DNA of 64,000 nt from Laetmonice hystrix (taxonomy: Eukaryota). The DNA is taken from positions 52,888,001 to 52,952,000 of the forward strand of contig OZ249436.1 in NCBI GenBank assembly GCA_965235115.1. Direction: 5' to 3'. Shown one piece after another: positions 11,134-24,811 of this stretch. Positions within the stretch are counted from its first letter, which is position 1, and every line of letters begins with the position of its first letter. A model generated the notes under the pieces. The model worked only from the letters and a program-made list of their open reading frames with translations, was not told the DNA's origin and did no database searches. Both the position numbers and the translations under genes were made by a program.

Positions 11134-14100
11134 CTGAGAAAAAGATCTCTTGACAAATGGGAGGGGTACGAGTGCTTCTGTCGGGATCTATTTGACATCT
11201 TTTAGCGTCAGCGTAGTATAGCGTAGCGTAGTATAATTTCATAGCTGTTCAGAAGCCCAACCAATGCGAATCTCAATGCGACGTCCATACGAGATTTACT
11301 GCGATTTTGAGTTTAAAGGATGGCATCAGAATCGGGGATGGAGATCCAGCAAATGTCATGGAGTTAAATTCCACCTTTAAATTAAAATTCGCACGATACT
11401 CTACACTGACAATCGCTATTGCGAATATGACAACAAAAGTTATTGATTGTATATAATATGGACAAGATGTTTGCTGAATCACCCCACTGGCGTTCCCTAA
11501 TATTGCCTGACAATATCAAGTGGTCCATGCAGATCTATGAATCAACGGTCCCCTGTTCGACGTGCTGCCATCACATCACACCACTGTGAACCAAATACGG
11601 TGTGGACGACGAAACACCTCAAATTACACGTCGTACTAAATTAAAACATGATCGGACAATACCCTCCGTGGCTATGGCTGGCATGTCAAGGGCTCAAGTC
11701 ATTATCTCTATACAAGGGATGGGTGGTGAACTTATCGTGACAGCTCAGTGCAACGTTTGGGGTAACATGATGGGGGTGGAGTGGAATTGTAGCTATTTGT
11801 GTGTACTTATCCCGGAGTTGGCCAGGGTTCTGTCTGTCCCTTGTGTTGTGACTGACAAGGCACGGGTCACTGTTCCAACTGTTACCAGCACAAACCTGGC
11901 ATCCTAGCAGCCTATTAATGCTGATCGTCCTCAAACTTTATTTTGTATACATGTACAACTGATAGTAACAGTAAATTTCTCTCAGTCCTAAAATCCTAGA
12001 TATCGGTATTAATTCTTATCCCTTTTTGTTCTGGGTATAACATGCTGATGCAATGTCTACATACCCTAATATCGCCCGCATTTTACATGTTATTACAGCC
12101 CCAATATGCACACAACTATCAACTGTTATTTTACAAGTGCATGATATGATATCGGAAAGTGAACCAGCCTTTGGCCAGTATTCGGCGTAAGATGAGACGA
12201 GATCTGACAGTCGCCCTGCCGGCCGGTTATTAACAGGTTTTGTGTTGTCCACTCTCATTGGCTAGCCACTGCCCAATCAATGTCAGGATGTCAGCACGGA
12301 CCTTTCCCTGACCCAGTAACTCCGGACCCAATGACGGCCAATGACGGTCTGACACCTAAGTGCCCTGAGCGCTCAAACTGGAGCCCATACTCAATAAACC
12401 CGGCAGGCCAGAAATAACCAACGTCCTCCATCTAACACAGACAATATCGACGTCTAGATCTATAGTATCTAAGTTTGGCAGAACAAGTCACCCCGCTATC
12501 GGCTAATGTCAATGATAAAATTATCCAAAGGTCGACCGAGTCACAGCCAACTCGACACCAAAAGTTGCTTGGTTAGAAATGTCGAGATCATAATAAAGAG
12601 AAACATTTGCTTCAAGAAAATTTGCTTGAGAATAGCCTAAACATAATCGTGCTCACCCAGAAACGTATATATAGAAATATCTACTTATAGTATGTGATAC
12701 AATGGCTGACAAACTGTAACAAAACTGTACTAACATTTCCATAGAATCTGTATTGAATCTTCGAACTTCGTATCGGAGAGAAGGCAGGAACACGAACTGA
12801 AGGCTAACATTGTCAATGAGTCCACTGTATTCATTCTCATGGACTCCCAATCCTCATCAGATCATCAGATTCACGGCTATTTACGTGTCTGAAGGAGACA
12901 AGTTACTCCCTTTTATCTGGGCATCAATTAAACATTCCACTTTTTGGAGGTGTAATTCAGAAATTCCAGAAAGGTCTGGAGTAATATGAATCATTTCTGA
13001 AAAACTTTAATTTAGTTCACAAATGACTGCCGAGACAAGACAATCATCAGAGACAATCAATACAACACCTATCCTGAATATGATTTCTGACAAAGCTGTC
13101 ACAATTCTTTATAATGCTCCCCCCAGTTGTTCGCTGGATGGAGGAAATCCATGCAAGTCCCTCCAATGGGATAAACCTCATGTCTGGAGCTCCTTTTCCA
13201 ACGCTTCCTTTCCTTTTTGTCTTTTAATGAATCATTACCACTATAACCTGGACTGGTACATCCTTCTCCCCATTCTTCCCCAATGAAACAATCGTTCTAG
13301 TTTTTGTCGAGGTTCTCGTCTCCCATGCACGGTCCGCCCTATTGGGACTTTAACTATTTCCTACAATATGGATTTCCCTGAACTACCTTTCGTGGCCTTA
13401 CCACGACGTCCTCAGACTTTGAGTGATGTAAACCTACCACATGGACCATCAAACCGAGTTTGGTCCTGCTTAGTTCACGCTGGATCCGTACGGGGGCAAC
13501 GTACCTCCATCCGGGGTTGAATTGTCTGTAGCCCCCGACTCGACTGAGCTGGGTTGGAATCAGAATTTCAATAATGAACATATATAATCTTTCTGGGTGT
13601 AAATGAGAGGTACACAAATTCGAAATGAACATAGGAATTGTCTCTGACATAAGGTGTTTGTCCATCATTGTAGCAACATCAGCCTATAGTGAAACTAGGG
13701 GAACGATAGTAGCAACCTATCCAGGCCTAGTGCCCTGGTCTCAGACCACGGACTGCTGGCCATGTTCTTCGACTACTCGACTAAAACATCACGTCCTTTC
13801 CCTTAATCTCTCCCAAGTGACCCGCCCAATGTGTTTGCCATCCATCATAGAAAACAGTCCCTCTGACCCACACCAAGTTAGACCTCTCCTCCCTTACACG
13901 AAACCACTCCATCCTTCCAAACAGACCCCTATATCCCTCCATCCCTTGATCCCGCCACTGTCCCCGTCAGTTAATGTCCCGCTCACTATCATATCCCGAT
14001 CATTTCGGGATCCCTACACCCGATGTGGAGGCGCCCAGGAGAGCAATCCGTCACTCTGGTATTCGCCTTACCATCTTGAGATGGAAGTGGCTAATAATCC

Positions 14101-14527
14101 AGGTAATAGCAGCTGCCTCTACCAGCTGTGATGGTGTGGGCGTCGGTCACATTGCAATGTGTGTCCGACTGATCCAGCAGACATCCACCTGATCCATGTT
14201 TCAGGTAGTGGGGCCCACCAGTCTACAGTTTGCTGATACCTAGTCAAACCAGCCGGCTCAGGCGGCCAGCGTGCAGCCACACACCGCCCCGATCTCTACA
14301 GACCACGACCTACCGGTCAGCGGTACCGACTGAATGTGGTTGGTGGTTGACCTGGCAACTTATGTCAGGCTCTGAATTTGGTACACGTCAGTTAACAGGC
14401 AGAACAAAAAACATAAAACGCCAAACAAACAAAAATTGAAGAAAAAAAATTGAGATTTTTGTGATGTGAATATAATGTAATTGTAAAGACACTCCGGTCT
14501 AGACTAACTGTCAATTAACACCACAAG

Positions 14528-14700
14528 TTACTTTTTATAGCGACTCAGTTCAGCTGTTAATTTTCCATAGCGAGTTCTCATGCCTGTCACCTTCAGTACC
14601 TCCTGGTGGGGACCTGTGAGCCGAGGCTGCCAGACACCTTCTGAGTGGGCTAATTCACCGTATTTATCGACGTAACCAGTTCTCCCGTGACCATGAGGCG
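14528..14700 (-). pseudogene. Possible Gypsy integrase C-terminal (GPY/F) remnant
   Basis: WQPRLTGPHQEVLKVTG resembles the 'KLQPRxxGPYxVL' GPY/F motif. Confidence 0.25.
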
Positions 14701-15962
14701 GTGTATGTCCGAACCTTGTACGGCTCGCTGGCTCCCATCTAATTCCGTTTCTATCTCTCGACCTCTCCCTATGACGTTCCTTCACAATTTCAGTGTCAGT
14801 GCCTTTAGTAGAGGTTCTATTGAGTTCCTCTTGTGTAAACTTTTTTTTACAAAAGACGTTGTCAAAGTATACGATTCCACAGTTCATGTTGACGCAGCAG
14901 TTTCTGTCGGAGAGGTCCCCCCCACTACTATCATATCGCCATCACTACTTAACTCAATATTGTAAAATGTCATCGATCGACAATTCTAGATCTACTTTAA
15001 ATGGAAGTTTGGATCTTTTGGCTCCAAGCCTGCACAGACAAGACTCGGGTAACTTGACTTACATTGATCGCTGGGTGCCAGCCACATCCTCACAGAAACC
15101 CTTTACCATCATCGCCCTTGACAACGACACGGTAGCCGGCAACTAATCCTGATCCTCGTTAGCCTCAGCTAAACCTGAAACCAATAAAACGCTTCCAAAT
15201 ATAATTTTTGAGATTCCTATTTACGTAACTAACTCCTTAAAACTTTTCTACTTTCATCGGGTCGGGCGGATAGGGGAAGAAGATGTTCTCCAGGGGTGTG
15301 TGTCGGGGTGGGGTGGGGGGGGGCCTTGATATATAGACATACAACTGTTAACGTTACGAGCGCCCTTAAAATAACAATTTCCAACTGAAAAATAGCTCTT
15401 AAAAACCAAAAGCCAAAGAAAAATACTTTAAGCCTTCTCACGAACAGCATTTCTCCAATAGTGCTGGCACTGGCAGCTTAACATTCTGTTCATCCCACTA
15501 TCAACCAAAAACATACCACTTCTTTTCAGACAGAACACTGGGATCGAAGGTCGGGGGGTAAATACAAAGACAAGCCAGAAGCGTTCTGATGTAACCCAGA
15601 CCACCATAATACACTTATGATGCACTTCTCGTTCCTTCTTGTTTTTGTTCACCAAAACTACTAGAGGAAGGTAGGCAAAAAATAGCTCACAATCTTCAAG
15701 AAAACTACGACGATTACTTTAGGCTACCTTTAACCCAACGTATATACAAGCCAGCAACTGAGGAAAGACAGAGTACATGAATACTGCCCACTGCTCTAAA
15801 CGACCAGTCGTGGCAGCAGTAAAGTTAGAGACTGTCTCTAACCAGTCAAATCAAAGCAAGAACGAGACAGGCTAAAACATCTTAAACAAATGTACAGCCT
15901 AAACACAACACATAAAATCCTCCCACTAAGTGACGTTAGGCGTTTTCGTTCCGGGACTTTAA

Positions 15963-16359
15963 AGTGGAGATAAAATACGTAACAGAATAATAATGCCCCT
16001 ACCTATGAAATGACCATTTGACTGCTGGCAAACATGCTGCAGATATTCGATCCTATGTTTATAGGATTAAATTTCTAGTATTAGCCAACGTGTACACGAA
16101 ATCAGATCGACATCAGATCGAGATATATGTTGGTCCTCACGCTCCGACTGGCTTCCCAACGCCAAACACCAACTATTCACTCACTCTTTCCAGCGCGAAC
16201 ATTAGGTCTTTTTCAATAGGTGATTTTCTTTGCAGTTTGAGGTAAGAAATCGACACAAAATGAGGGAGGTACCTAGTGGTGTCATTGACTAGATACGGAC
16301 TTTAGTTATCAAACAGGTATATTTTTAGAATGTCTATTTTGCATTTTTTTACCTCCGCT
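15963..16359. mobile_element. Kolobok-like MITE (~400 bp) with TTAA TSD
   Basis: TTAA|AGTGGAGATAAAA ... TTTTACCTCCGCT|TTAA; TIR 11/13 identical, AG...CT termini. Confidence 0.65.
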
Positions 16360-17189
16360 TTAAACAGTTCTTTCCACAGGTATTATGTCGCGTTGATGCT
16401 ATCAGAAAAACGACACCTTCACGGCGAGAACAACATTATGAAACCACAAGTTCGATTAGGAACCACTGTACAAGTGTCGCCGAAAAGGCCGATTATAATT
16501 TAATCCTCCACATAATATCGTTATAATTAGAACATTAGAAATGATGTCATTGTTTTATACAGTCACGAAGCCTACCTAGATTATAATGCAACATTCAATT
16601 GAAATTCATCTCCGAATGAGCAACTTTTCTTCTCATCCCGAGACTCACAGTGTGGCCAGACGGACAATCGTCAATCTTTCTTTTTTTTCTTAGGGGGGGG
16701 GGGGAGTCTTTTCTCGCGCCAAAGTGGCTTTCAACTCGAGGTCTCAATGCCGTTGGTGGCGGATGTAAAGAAACTTTTTAAGCCAGTGATCGGTATCCGG
16801 GTGGTGCGGTTTCTTTCACCAGTCTACCAGGTAAAACCCAATCCAAATCTAATCTGGTCCACTGAGAAATTTGTGAAGTTGGCAGCAATGGTTTCTGTGA
16901 AATCAAGGAATTCCCCAGGCTGTTAGATTTCTCTTCCTTTCTAACAGCAGTGTAATGGTATATACCATTAGGTAGGCCTGAAAAACAATTACTTATCGCC
17001 CCAAGGGGGGGGTGTTATGGGAGAAGCTAGCACCAGTAACGGACACCCTCCAAGGCCCTCGATAAACCCCTTCCATATTTATTATAGTTATTATATAGAA
17101 ACCCATACCAACATTCCACTTTACTTTATATTTAACGTCTAGGCCTAAATTAAAACAGGTTCTCAACCACTTTGAATTAGAGTGTAAAT

Positions 17190-17800
17190 GCAACCAGCTC
17201 GTCCCAGTTTGCCTCACCAAACTCAGTCAAAGCCTCGTCAGGATTATCGTGAAACGCTGCCAAGATGCCGAGAAGAAACTGGAGCAGACCAGAAGGGGGA
17301 GTTACATAATCCATCACTAGAACGGCAGCGCTCACTTTTAGATCTCCATGGACATTGCCTTAGAACCCCAACCACTTTAATCAGGAACAAGAAACATCTT
17401 TCCGAATGTCGACTAGAAGGAGACGGTGGACGAGATACAGCTGGGCAGAGCACCAGACAGAGAATCTGTTACCCAGAGACAGGAACAAATCACTAGAGCT
17501 CAGAGCTCAGAGCGCTGTTTTGTTAACGAAACACAACTCTCGGTCCATTCCAAACAGCACTGAGACGCCAGATTCTCCACATGCCCAACTGAACATTGGA
17601 TTCCGGAATCAATGCCCGTGTACACGTGTCTCGACTCTCAGCCGCGCACAAAGTCAACTACATGCCTTCACTACAACCAAAGACGGCAAGTTCCAACGTT
17701 CCAGCTTCTCATTCAAAACCAAACATCAAAACCAGTGACAAAATGGAGACTTTCTTTGTCAGAACAGCTGGGCAGACTTCAGACATCAACAATGTCGTCC
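17190..17800 (+). pseudogene. Possible decayed 3' end of a CR1/L2-group LINE ORF2
   Basis: Fragments PSLERQRSLLDL and ETFFVRT resemble the C-terminal 'xSLxxRR...SFFxRT' motifs. Many stops and frameshifts; a SINE-head-like segment sits at ~17435-17470. Confidence 0.25.
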
Positions 17801-19931
17801 AAGACTTTTCTTTCTCCTCAAAGCCTGAGGATTAAGTGTGTGCCTTGCCGCCTGATACAACACATGTTCCTCCGTTAATAAAACTGTTGACAGATTCCCA
17901 AAGATACACATCCCGGCCCCTGATAGCCTAGATGGAGGCCAATCATTAACAAATTGATGTAAGGCGGCTTTACCTGTCAGATGTCCCTCCCTCCCGGGTC
18001 GTACCACCTGCCACAAAGACCCAACTTAATGCGTGCACGTCTTGAGTACCACCTTCGTACATTACGTATATACTCTGGAAGCACATCAGTAAAACTACGT
18101 CAAACAATGTTTTAAGGAAGCTTGGCACTAACTTTGTGCTTTGGTGCCGTGGTCAGAGAGGAAGAATCCACCGCCACAAAGACTCTTGACCTCATGTTCT
18201 ATCGTAGAGGAACCGCATGAAACTGCTGACCGTAAAAAAAACCTCTTCTTTATAACAATTTTAGAGATGACCCGGCTGTTGCTGGGCCGTAAAGCCCCAA
18301 ACCAATAACTATATCTGAATAGAGAAGCGCCGCCAATACTCAGTGCATATAGATTCCCTCTCGGGTGACTAAGTCCATCCTACCGGAGATGGACACAGTT
18401 CTACTTCCCCCTCAGTGAGATTGATAAACCACCGGTTAACGATCCATGACCTACAACATCCCATGATCAAGGCCCATTATCAAATATACATACAGGCACC
18501 GGCTCGGATATAATAAACTACATTCGCAAACACAGTTCCCCTTTAACAACATCTTACAGCAATAAGGATTTTGAGCAAACACTGACATCAAGTGCACTAA
18601 ATCCTCCCCTCGGCTTATAATCTGCTTCCAATCAGAGTCCTTTATGGTGCACTCTTGCTTCAGATCCAGGGTGATCGTGCTACCGACTTGTATATTATAA
18701 GAGGCGGTACCACCCGCACATTTCGTAGCCCGTCCACCCCTCCCCGCCTGAACTAACCGCTGTGTCTGCTACACGACTGTGGCAGCAAGGCTCTATACCT
18801 GCCAAACACTTAAGTGACCAGCATTTTGTCGGTTATACGCTCCCTATATACCCGGTGATGAATTGCCAATCTCCAGTGGACTGTGCGTGTCAGGGCGCGC
18901 CCCCAATTGCACTTCCAACACACAGTTATACACCGAGTTACTCAGACAGCCAACGATTGGAAAAGAAATACACCAAAAACTTGATTCGGGGAATGGCTGC
19001 AAACAAGTCTGGGCAAGTCCCTATTCGTCATATAGGTCTGTAAGTTAGAATGCCACTCAGGGGCCCTGCCCTACAACGACCTCCTATAAATTGGAAGAAC
19101 ACTTAGCCCCCCCCCCCCTCCGGCCCCAATCCTAACGCCACATCTTCCAAACAGGTATGATCCATCACAGTGTCGACAACATCCTCCACATAAAATACAG
19201 GGCCGAATGGCACTAAAAACTGGACAGAAAGCCAGAATCGAATCTCTATCACAATCCCATATCACGTATCGGCTTCTTATCAACCACACTCAACGGATCC
19301 AATGCCGGCCCCACTTTCCACTTTGACAATTCCCGGCATAGCAGTGAAAGTAAATCATGCGCAAAGCCTTTGAGACCGCTCAAAGCTCCATTTTTACGCC
19401 GTGGTCCTGGAAACCGATGCCTAACCAAAGACGGGAGCAGCAGGAGCAGGATCGGGAGGAACAGGAGGAGGGAGATAGTAGATGGACTGATCTGCAGACA
19501 GCATTGATGCTGTTTTGGCTATACGGGTGCTCCAAGCTCTCACTGAGGAGCTACCGAGACAGGGCTGGACGTGTATGCAAGCGGTACTGGGCACTCGACC
19601 GCCCAGTCTATACGACGGTCTGAGGCCTACTCGACCCGGCTCAGCCTATAGGCCGACACTGACAACACCATCTTTACGTGACATATTATCACTGTGCTAG
19701 CCGACGGCTGTCATCGGTCCACTTCAGACAAGCGGCTCTACATTCACTCAGAACGTCTTTCCTTGGACAGTTGGCAATCTATCGTCCAGCCACAACGAGC
19801 GCCCTGCTTTTACAAACCTCGGCTTTCATCTCATTCTGTTTTAATCATGACCTGGGCCCAGCTTTACCAGACAACAGACGACGGCAGTGGTTGACGCCGT
19901 CAGTATATATCGGAATCACTAGACAACTGCC

Positions 19932-20451
19932 TGGTGGGTTGCCCTATCAAGTACGCTCAGCCCACCTGGTTAACACTTCTCTCAGACAGCCTTATATATA
20001 AAGAACCTTATGTTTATTGGTGGATTGCCCTATCAAGTACGCTCAGCCCACCTGGTTAACACTTCTGTCAGACAGCCTTATATATAAAGAACCTTATGTT
20101 TATTGGTGGATTGCCCTATCAAGTACGCTCAGCCCACCTGGTTAACACTTCTGTCAGACAGCCTTATATATAAAGAACCTTATGTTTATTGGTGGATTGC
20201 ACTTTCAAGTACGCTCAGCCCACCTGGTTAACACTTCTGTCAGACAGCCTTATATATATAAAGAATCTTATGTTTATTGGTGGATTGCACTTTCAAGTAC
20301 GCTCAGCCCACCTGGTTAACACTTCTGTCAGACAGCCTTATATATATAAAGAATCTTATGTTTATTGGTGGATTGCACTTTCAAGTACGCTCAGCCCACC
20401 TGGTTAACACTTCTGTCAGACAGCCTTATATATAAAGAACCTTATGTTTAT
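19932..20451. repeat. Minisatellite, ~86 bp unit, 6 copies
   Basis: Unit TGGTGGATTGCCCTATCAAGTACGCTCAGCCCACCTGGTTAACACTTCTGTCAGACAGCCTTATATATAAAGAACCTTATGTTTAT. Confidence 0.97.
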
Positions 20452-20976
20452 ATAGACCCTTTATTTTATATCGAATTTACTTTCTTTCAATTCAAACACT
20501 ACAGCTAACATATAGCTTGGTTTGCCCTTTACACGGTTAACCGTACTAATTGAGGGATTTCTAATGACATATTTCAGTTGATCTTCAATCGTTATTTCTT
20601 ACATTGATGCCTTCAATAATGGCTTCTAACCTTACCTTGACGCTTACTGTGGAGGGCCCGCTTTCTCACAGTCGGAACGTAGGCCAATAATGGATCAATC
20701 CCATCTCAATATGAAGATACAGACGTTGACGCTATGTCAGTCATGTTAAAGTACAGCTGCGCCGATGTTAGTGCAGAATGAGTCCTCGTGAATAGAACCT
20801 GACGCTGCCACAGTCCTAGGCTAACAGCGCTCAAACGTTGACGTGATATTGACGTCCTTCCATCGTCCTTATATCTGATGGTAAGTGACGGTGTGTGATC
20901 AGCGTCCAATGTCTTACAGACCCTCACTGCTGAAGTCCTCACGGAGGAGGTTCTTGTGTAACACTCCTTCACTTAC

Positions 20977-21107
20977 CCTGCTGCTGCTGCTGCTGCTGCT
21001 GTTGCTGTTGCTGGCTTTGTGACGTTAAATGCGGGGCAGCCCCGACTGTGAGGTCTGCTGGTGCGGCCTTCTGGAATTCTGCCACCTTCGCTGGTCACTC
21101 GTCTCAT
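20977..21107 (-). CDS. Candidate coding part of a GC-rich first exon (exon may extend to ~21460), unknown gene
   Basis: CpG/GC-rich island with (GGT)n and (CAG)n runs ending at a consensus donor GG|GTAAGT (20976). ATG at 21107 gives MRRVTSEGGRIPEG...ATATAAAAAAAG. Could instead be 5' UTR. Confidence 0.35.
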
Positions 21108-23045
21108 CAATAAATGCTGATTAACGCGGCGATGGGCCGCTGTCAGACGGGTGGGCGACCAGTCTGTCAGGGTCCCTCTCGACAGGCACCAAACACCGCT
21201 CTCCACGCCACCCCTCCTGTCGTGTCAATCCGGCGGCATGGCACTGACCGAACACGGCACGTCCTCCAGCACCACCGCCGGCACCACCACCACCACCACC
21301 ACCAGTCACCCGCCGCCCCCAGCCCGGCAGCCGTCACCGCCCGGCGTCATGTCGACTTTTCACTCCGACTCTTCAAACGTCGAGAAAAGCCAAGAATCTG
21401 TCCCCCTGTGGTCGGTCATTCACCGTGCTGCCAGCTCGACAAATAGAATCCGACGTTAGATCGCTAGCAGAGGCAGTATCTTGTCTGATCGCTTTCTGCC
21501 CGATCGACAACCCCATGTCGGCAGTGTTTTGGACAGGAACATGTTTCTATCTCCTATACTCCGCACCTTTTAAATTTCCATTCAACGTTTGAAAAACTTC
21601 ATCACCGATTTATAACTTTAAAATTGTCGACCATTTTACTCATGAAAGGTCAGACAGAAAGATAAAGCAATGTAGGGTCAACAACTATTTTATCGAAAAT
21701 CTTATACGGTATTCGGGTTCGGATACAGCCTAGAACTTTCAAAGTCGTGTTTTGGGGAAGGAAATATTACCCAGCCAAGTTATATTTTTATAATCCTCGA
21801 TATTCACCCAGATAAAAATAAATGTCCCCCGACACAGAACAGATATCTACAGTTTCAACTCCCCAGAGGTCTATGGTTCCTTCACACTACTTAGGACACG
21901 AAACGTCTTTCGTGTTAGTACCATTCGTAATGGAACACAGAATCTGGACTTTTTAGACAGGAGAAAACGGAGACTTAATATTAGGAAACCCATTTTCTTG
22001 CTTTGTGTACCAGGTGCACTGCTCTACCAATAACCATTGGTTTTTCATCTCAATGAAATGAAAATTGATTTTCTTTTTTTCAATAATTTCACTTTTCTCG
22101 TTGCTGCCTAATAAAACGGGCAAAAAGTACGATAAGAAGAAGGTAATTACCGGGAAGTGAAATTGTCCTATTTGAGTTTCCTGAGTTTCCGTTTATTTAC
22201 AATCATAAAAGGAAACAGTAATCGACTTCACAGCTACCACGGCACAGAGTGTTAAATGTGTCTTTCATTGTTCGTCATCTCAATCTCAATTAGTTTTCAT
22301 ATTTTTATTAATGCTTTTTTTTCATTTGATCTCTACCTTGAATTAGAAATCTTATTCACCGATGAAATAAAACACAAAATTAATGTTGCTGGCCTGAGGA
22401 TGGCGAGCGGTATAACCAATCACTCTCTCGATCAGCCAACCCTTGTGGAAGTATTTATCACCTCATCACAGCAGCACGAGTCTCTCACTCAATCACCTCA
22501 TGTATACCGAGGGTCACCGTTTCTCTTTCACGACTCGTCGGCCGACAACAACCGGGCTGTAGGAACACTTAGTAGTGCCGTCAACACGACACTCTAGGCA
22601 GAGCAGGCGTCTTAACGCCTGGTTCACACAGAAAGGCTGGTCCACACCCCACACCCCACACCCTCCCCGCTATATATTTGGGACCGTTATTGGTACCGAC
22701 ACCTACCGTTCACCAAATACAGATCCGACCCACAGCCTCCCATCCCTTACCACCAACATTGCCAATTCCATTTGCCATTGGATATTTTGCCACTCTCTAT
22801 GTTAAATCCTTCCCCAGACTGCAAGGCAAACATTGGTAATGTCTATTATGGTCTGCCGTTCGAGATGAACTAGTCAACCAAGGTAATTTGTGGGGCGTCC
22901 CCAAGGCCCACCTTGTCGTTCGTGTTAGTTGCCACCAGTTGATGGGGTATATGTCTGAGAAGAGGGCGGGCGGGTTGTACCCCCCTTCCCGTCCACAGGT
23001 CATAGCGCCAGGAGGGGTGGCGGAAGGTGAAGGTCCTGCTAACAT

Positions 23046-23840
23046 CCCCAGTCCCTGGCACCCACAGTCCCCTGCACCCCCAGCCCCTGGCACCCCCCAA
23101 CCCCTGGCACCCCCAGTCGCCGGCACCCCCATCCCCTGGCACCCCCAGTCCCTGGCACCCACAGCCCCTGGCACCCCCAACCCCTGGCACCCACAGTCCC
23201 CGGCACCCACAGCCCCTGGTACCCACAGTCCCTGGCACCCCCAGCCCCTGGCACCCCCAGCCCCTGGCACCCCCAGCCCCTGGCACCCCCATCCCCTGGC
23301 ATCCCCAGCCCCTGGCACCCCCAGCCCCTGGCACCCCCAACCCCTGGCATCCCCAGCCCCTGGCACCCCCATCCCCTGGCACCCCCATCCCCTGGCACCC
23401 CCATCCCCTGGCACCCCCAACCCCTGGCATCCCCAGCCCCTGGCACCCCCATCCCCTGGCACCCCCATCCCCTGGCACCCCCAACCCCTGGCATCCCCAG
23501 CCCCTGGCACCCCCATCCCCTGGCACCCCCATCCCCTGGCACCCCCATCCCCTGGCACCCCCATCCCCTGGCACCCCCAACCCCTGGCATCCCCAGCCCC
23601 TGGCACCCCCAACCCCTGGCACCCATAGTCCCTGGCACCCCCAGTCCCTGGCACCCCCAGCCCCTGGCACCTCCAGTCCCTGGCACCCCCAGCCCCTGGC
23701 AAGCACAGTCCCTGGCACCCCCAGCCTCTGGCACCCCCAGCTCCTTGCACCCCCAGTCTCTGCCACCTCCAGCCCCTGCCACCCCAATCTCTGCCACCCC
23801 TAGTCTCTGCCACCCCTAGTCCCTGCCACCCCCAGTCCCA
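23046..23840. repeat. Minisatellite, 16 bp unit, ~49 copies, G4-prone on the minus strand
   Basis: (CCCCTGGCACCCCCAG)n with ATC/AAC variants; the array degenerates at its right end. Confidence 0.97.
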
Positions 23841-24458
23841 CCTCGACCGTTGGTCTGTAACTCATGGAGGACATCTCTATATCTGTCAGTGGGCCTGCTG
23901 ACCGCGACGACTCCATGTCAGTATCTCTGACTGAACCATTATCACTCAGCCAGCAATGACCGGCCGCCACGTATAGGTGGCGCTGGCTGTTCGGTAGCCG
24001 TAACTACCGGCAACTGTTTGCCATATTTAGGACGGCAACGTGGGTGATTATGATGATGATAATGTTATTACAGCAGAAACACACTTACCGGGTCAAAGTC
24101 CTACTCATTCGTCGATAAGTGGCAAGGGTTATCCTATATGTGGCACATTGCATAGACAAACCCTTTCAGTTTTGTGGCTGACGGTCGCCGACTGAAAATC
24201 TGACGCAGACTGCTTGGTCTTCGGGAATATGAACTATTATAGTGCGTCGACTTCAGTTAAAGAGTCGGCGACGTCGCCTATTATAATACACCTACACGAG
24301 TACACGAGTAAACGACTAAAACAAATCACTTAAACCGATCCTTGCAAATGGTAACAGTAATTATAATACGATGGTTAGCAGTAGAAATATCTTCCCGCGA
24401 CAAATCAGAAGCCCTAATTATTCTGCACTGTACGCAAGTTTCTCAAACAGTTTAGTCC

Positions 24459-24790
24459 TGACGTCATCAGCACCACCCATTCTACAGCAGGCATTACGTC
24501 CAAGCATTCTCTCCATGGTAAGTTCCCAGCCACCCACTTAACCAGCTGTCTGCTAGTAGGGCTGTAAAACCGCTCATTGAGACCGCTGTTTTACACTGTC
24601 GGCCGCACTCAGTTAAAGCCGGCGCAGGTGGCCATTTTCGTACACTACTCACACCGTCAGTGGGAGAGCGTTCGCCGGCCCAGCCGTAATCCCAGCTAAT
24701 CTGGCTACATTAGCGGGCGCTCAGACGTACCGTTATCTTGACAACAGTTATCTCGTGACGTCAGGTGACGTCATCCCCCCCCCCCGCCCA
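24459..24790. promoter_or_regulatory. Cluster of three perfect CRE sites plus a GC box
   Basis: TGACGTCA at 24459, 24756 and 24766; CCCCGCCC at ~24782. Confidence 0.45.
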
Positions 24791-24811
24791 CTACTTCTCA
24801 CCCTCCTCTCG

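Noticed and set aside
16236..16241. 6-nt micro-exon (TTTGCAG|TTTGAG|GTAAG)
   Set aside because: It lies inside the Kolobok-like MITE and is probably element sequence or chance.
22797..23813. Collagen- or extensin-like ORFs of 246-338 aa
   Set aside because: The 16-bp repeat lacks stops in most frames on both strands, so these are repeat artefacts.
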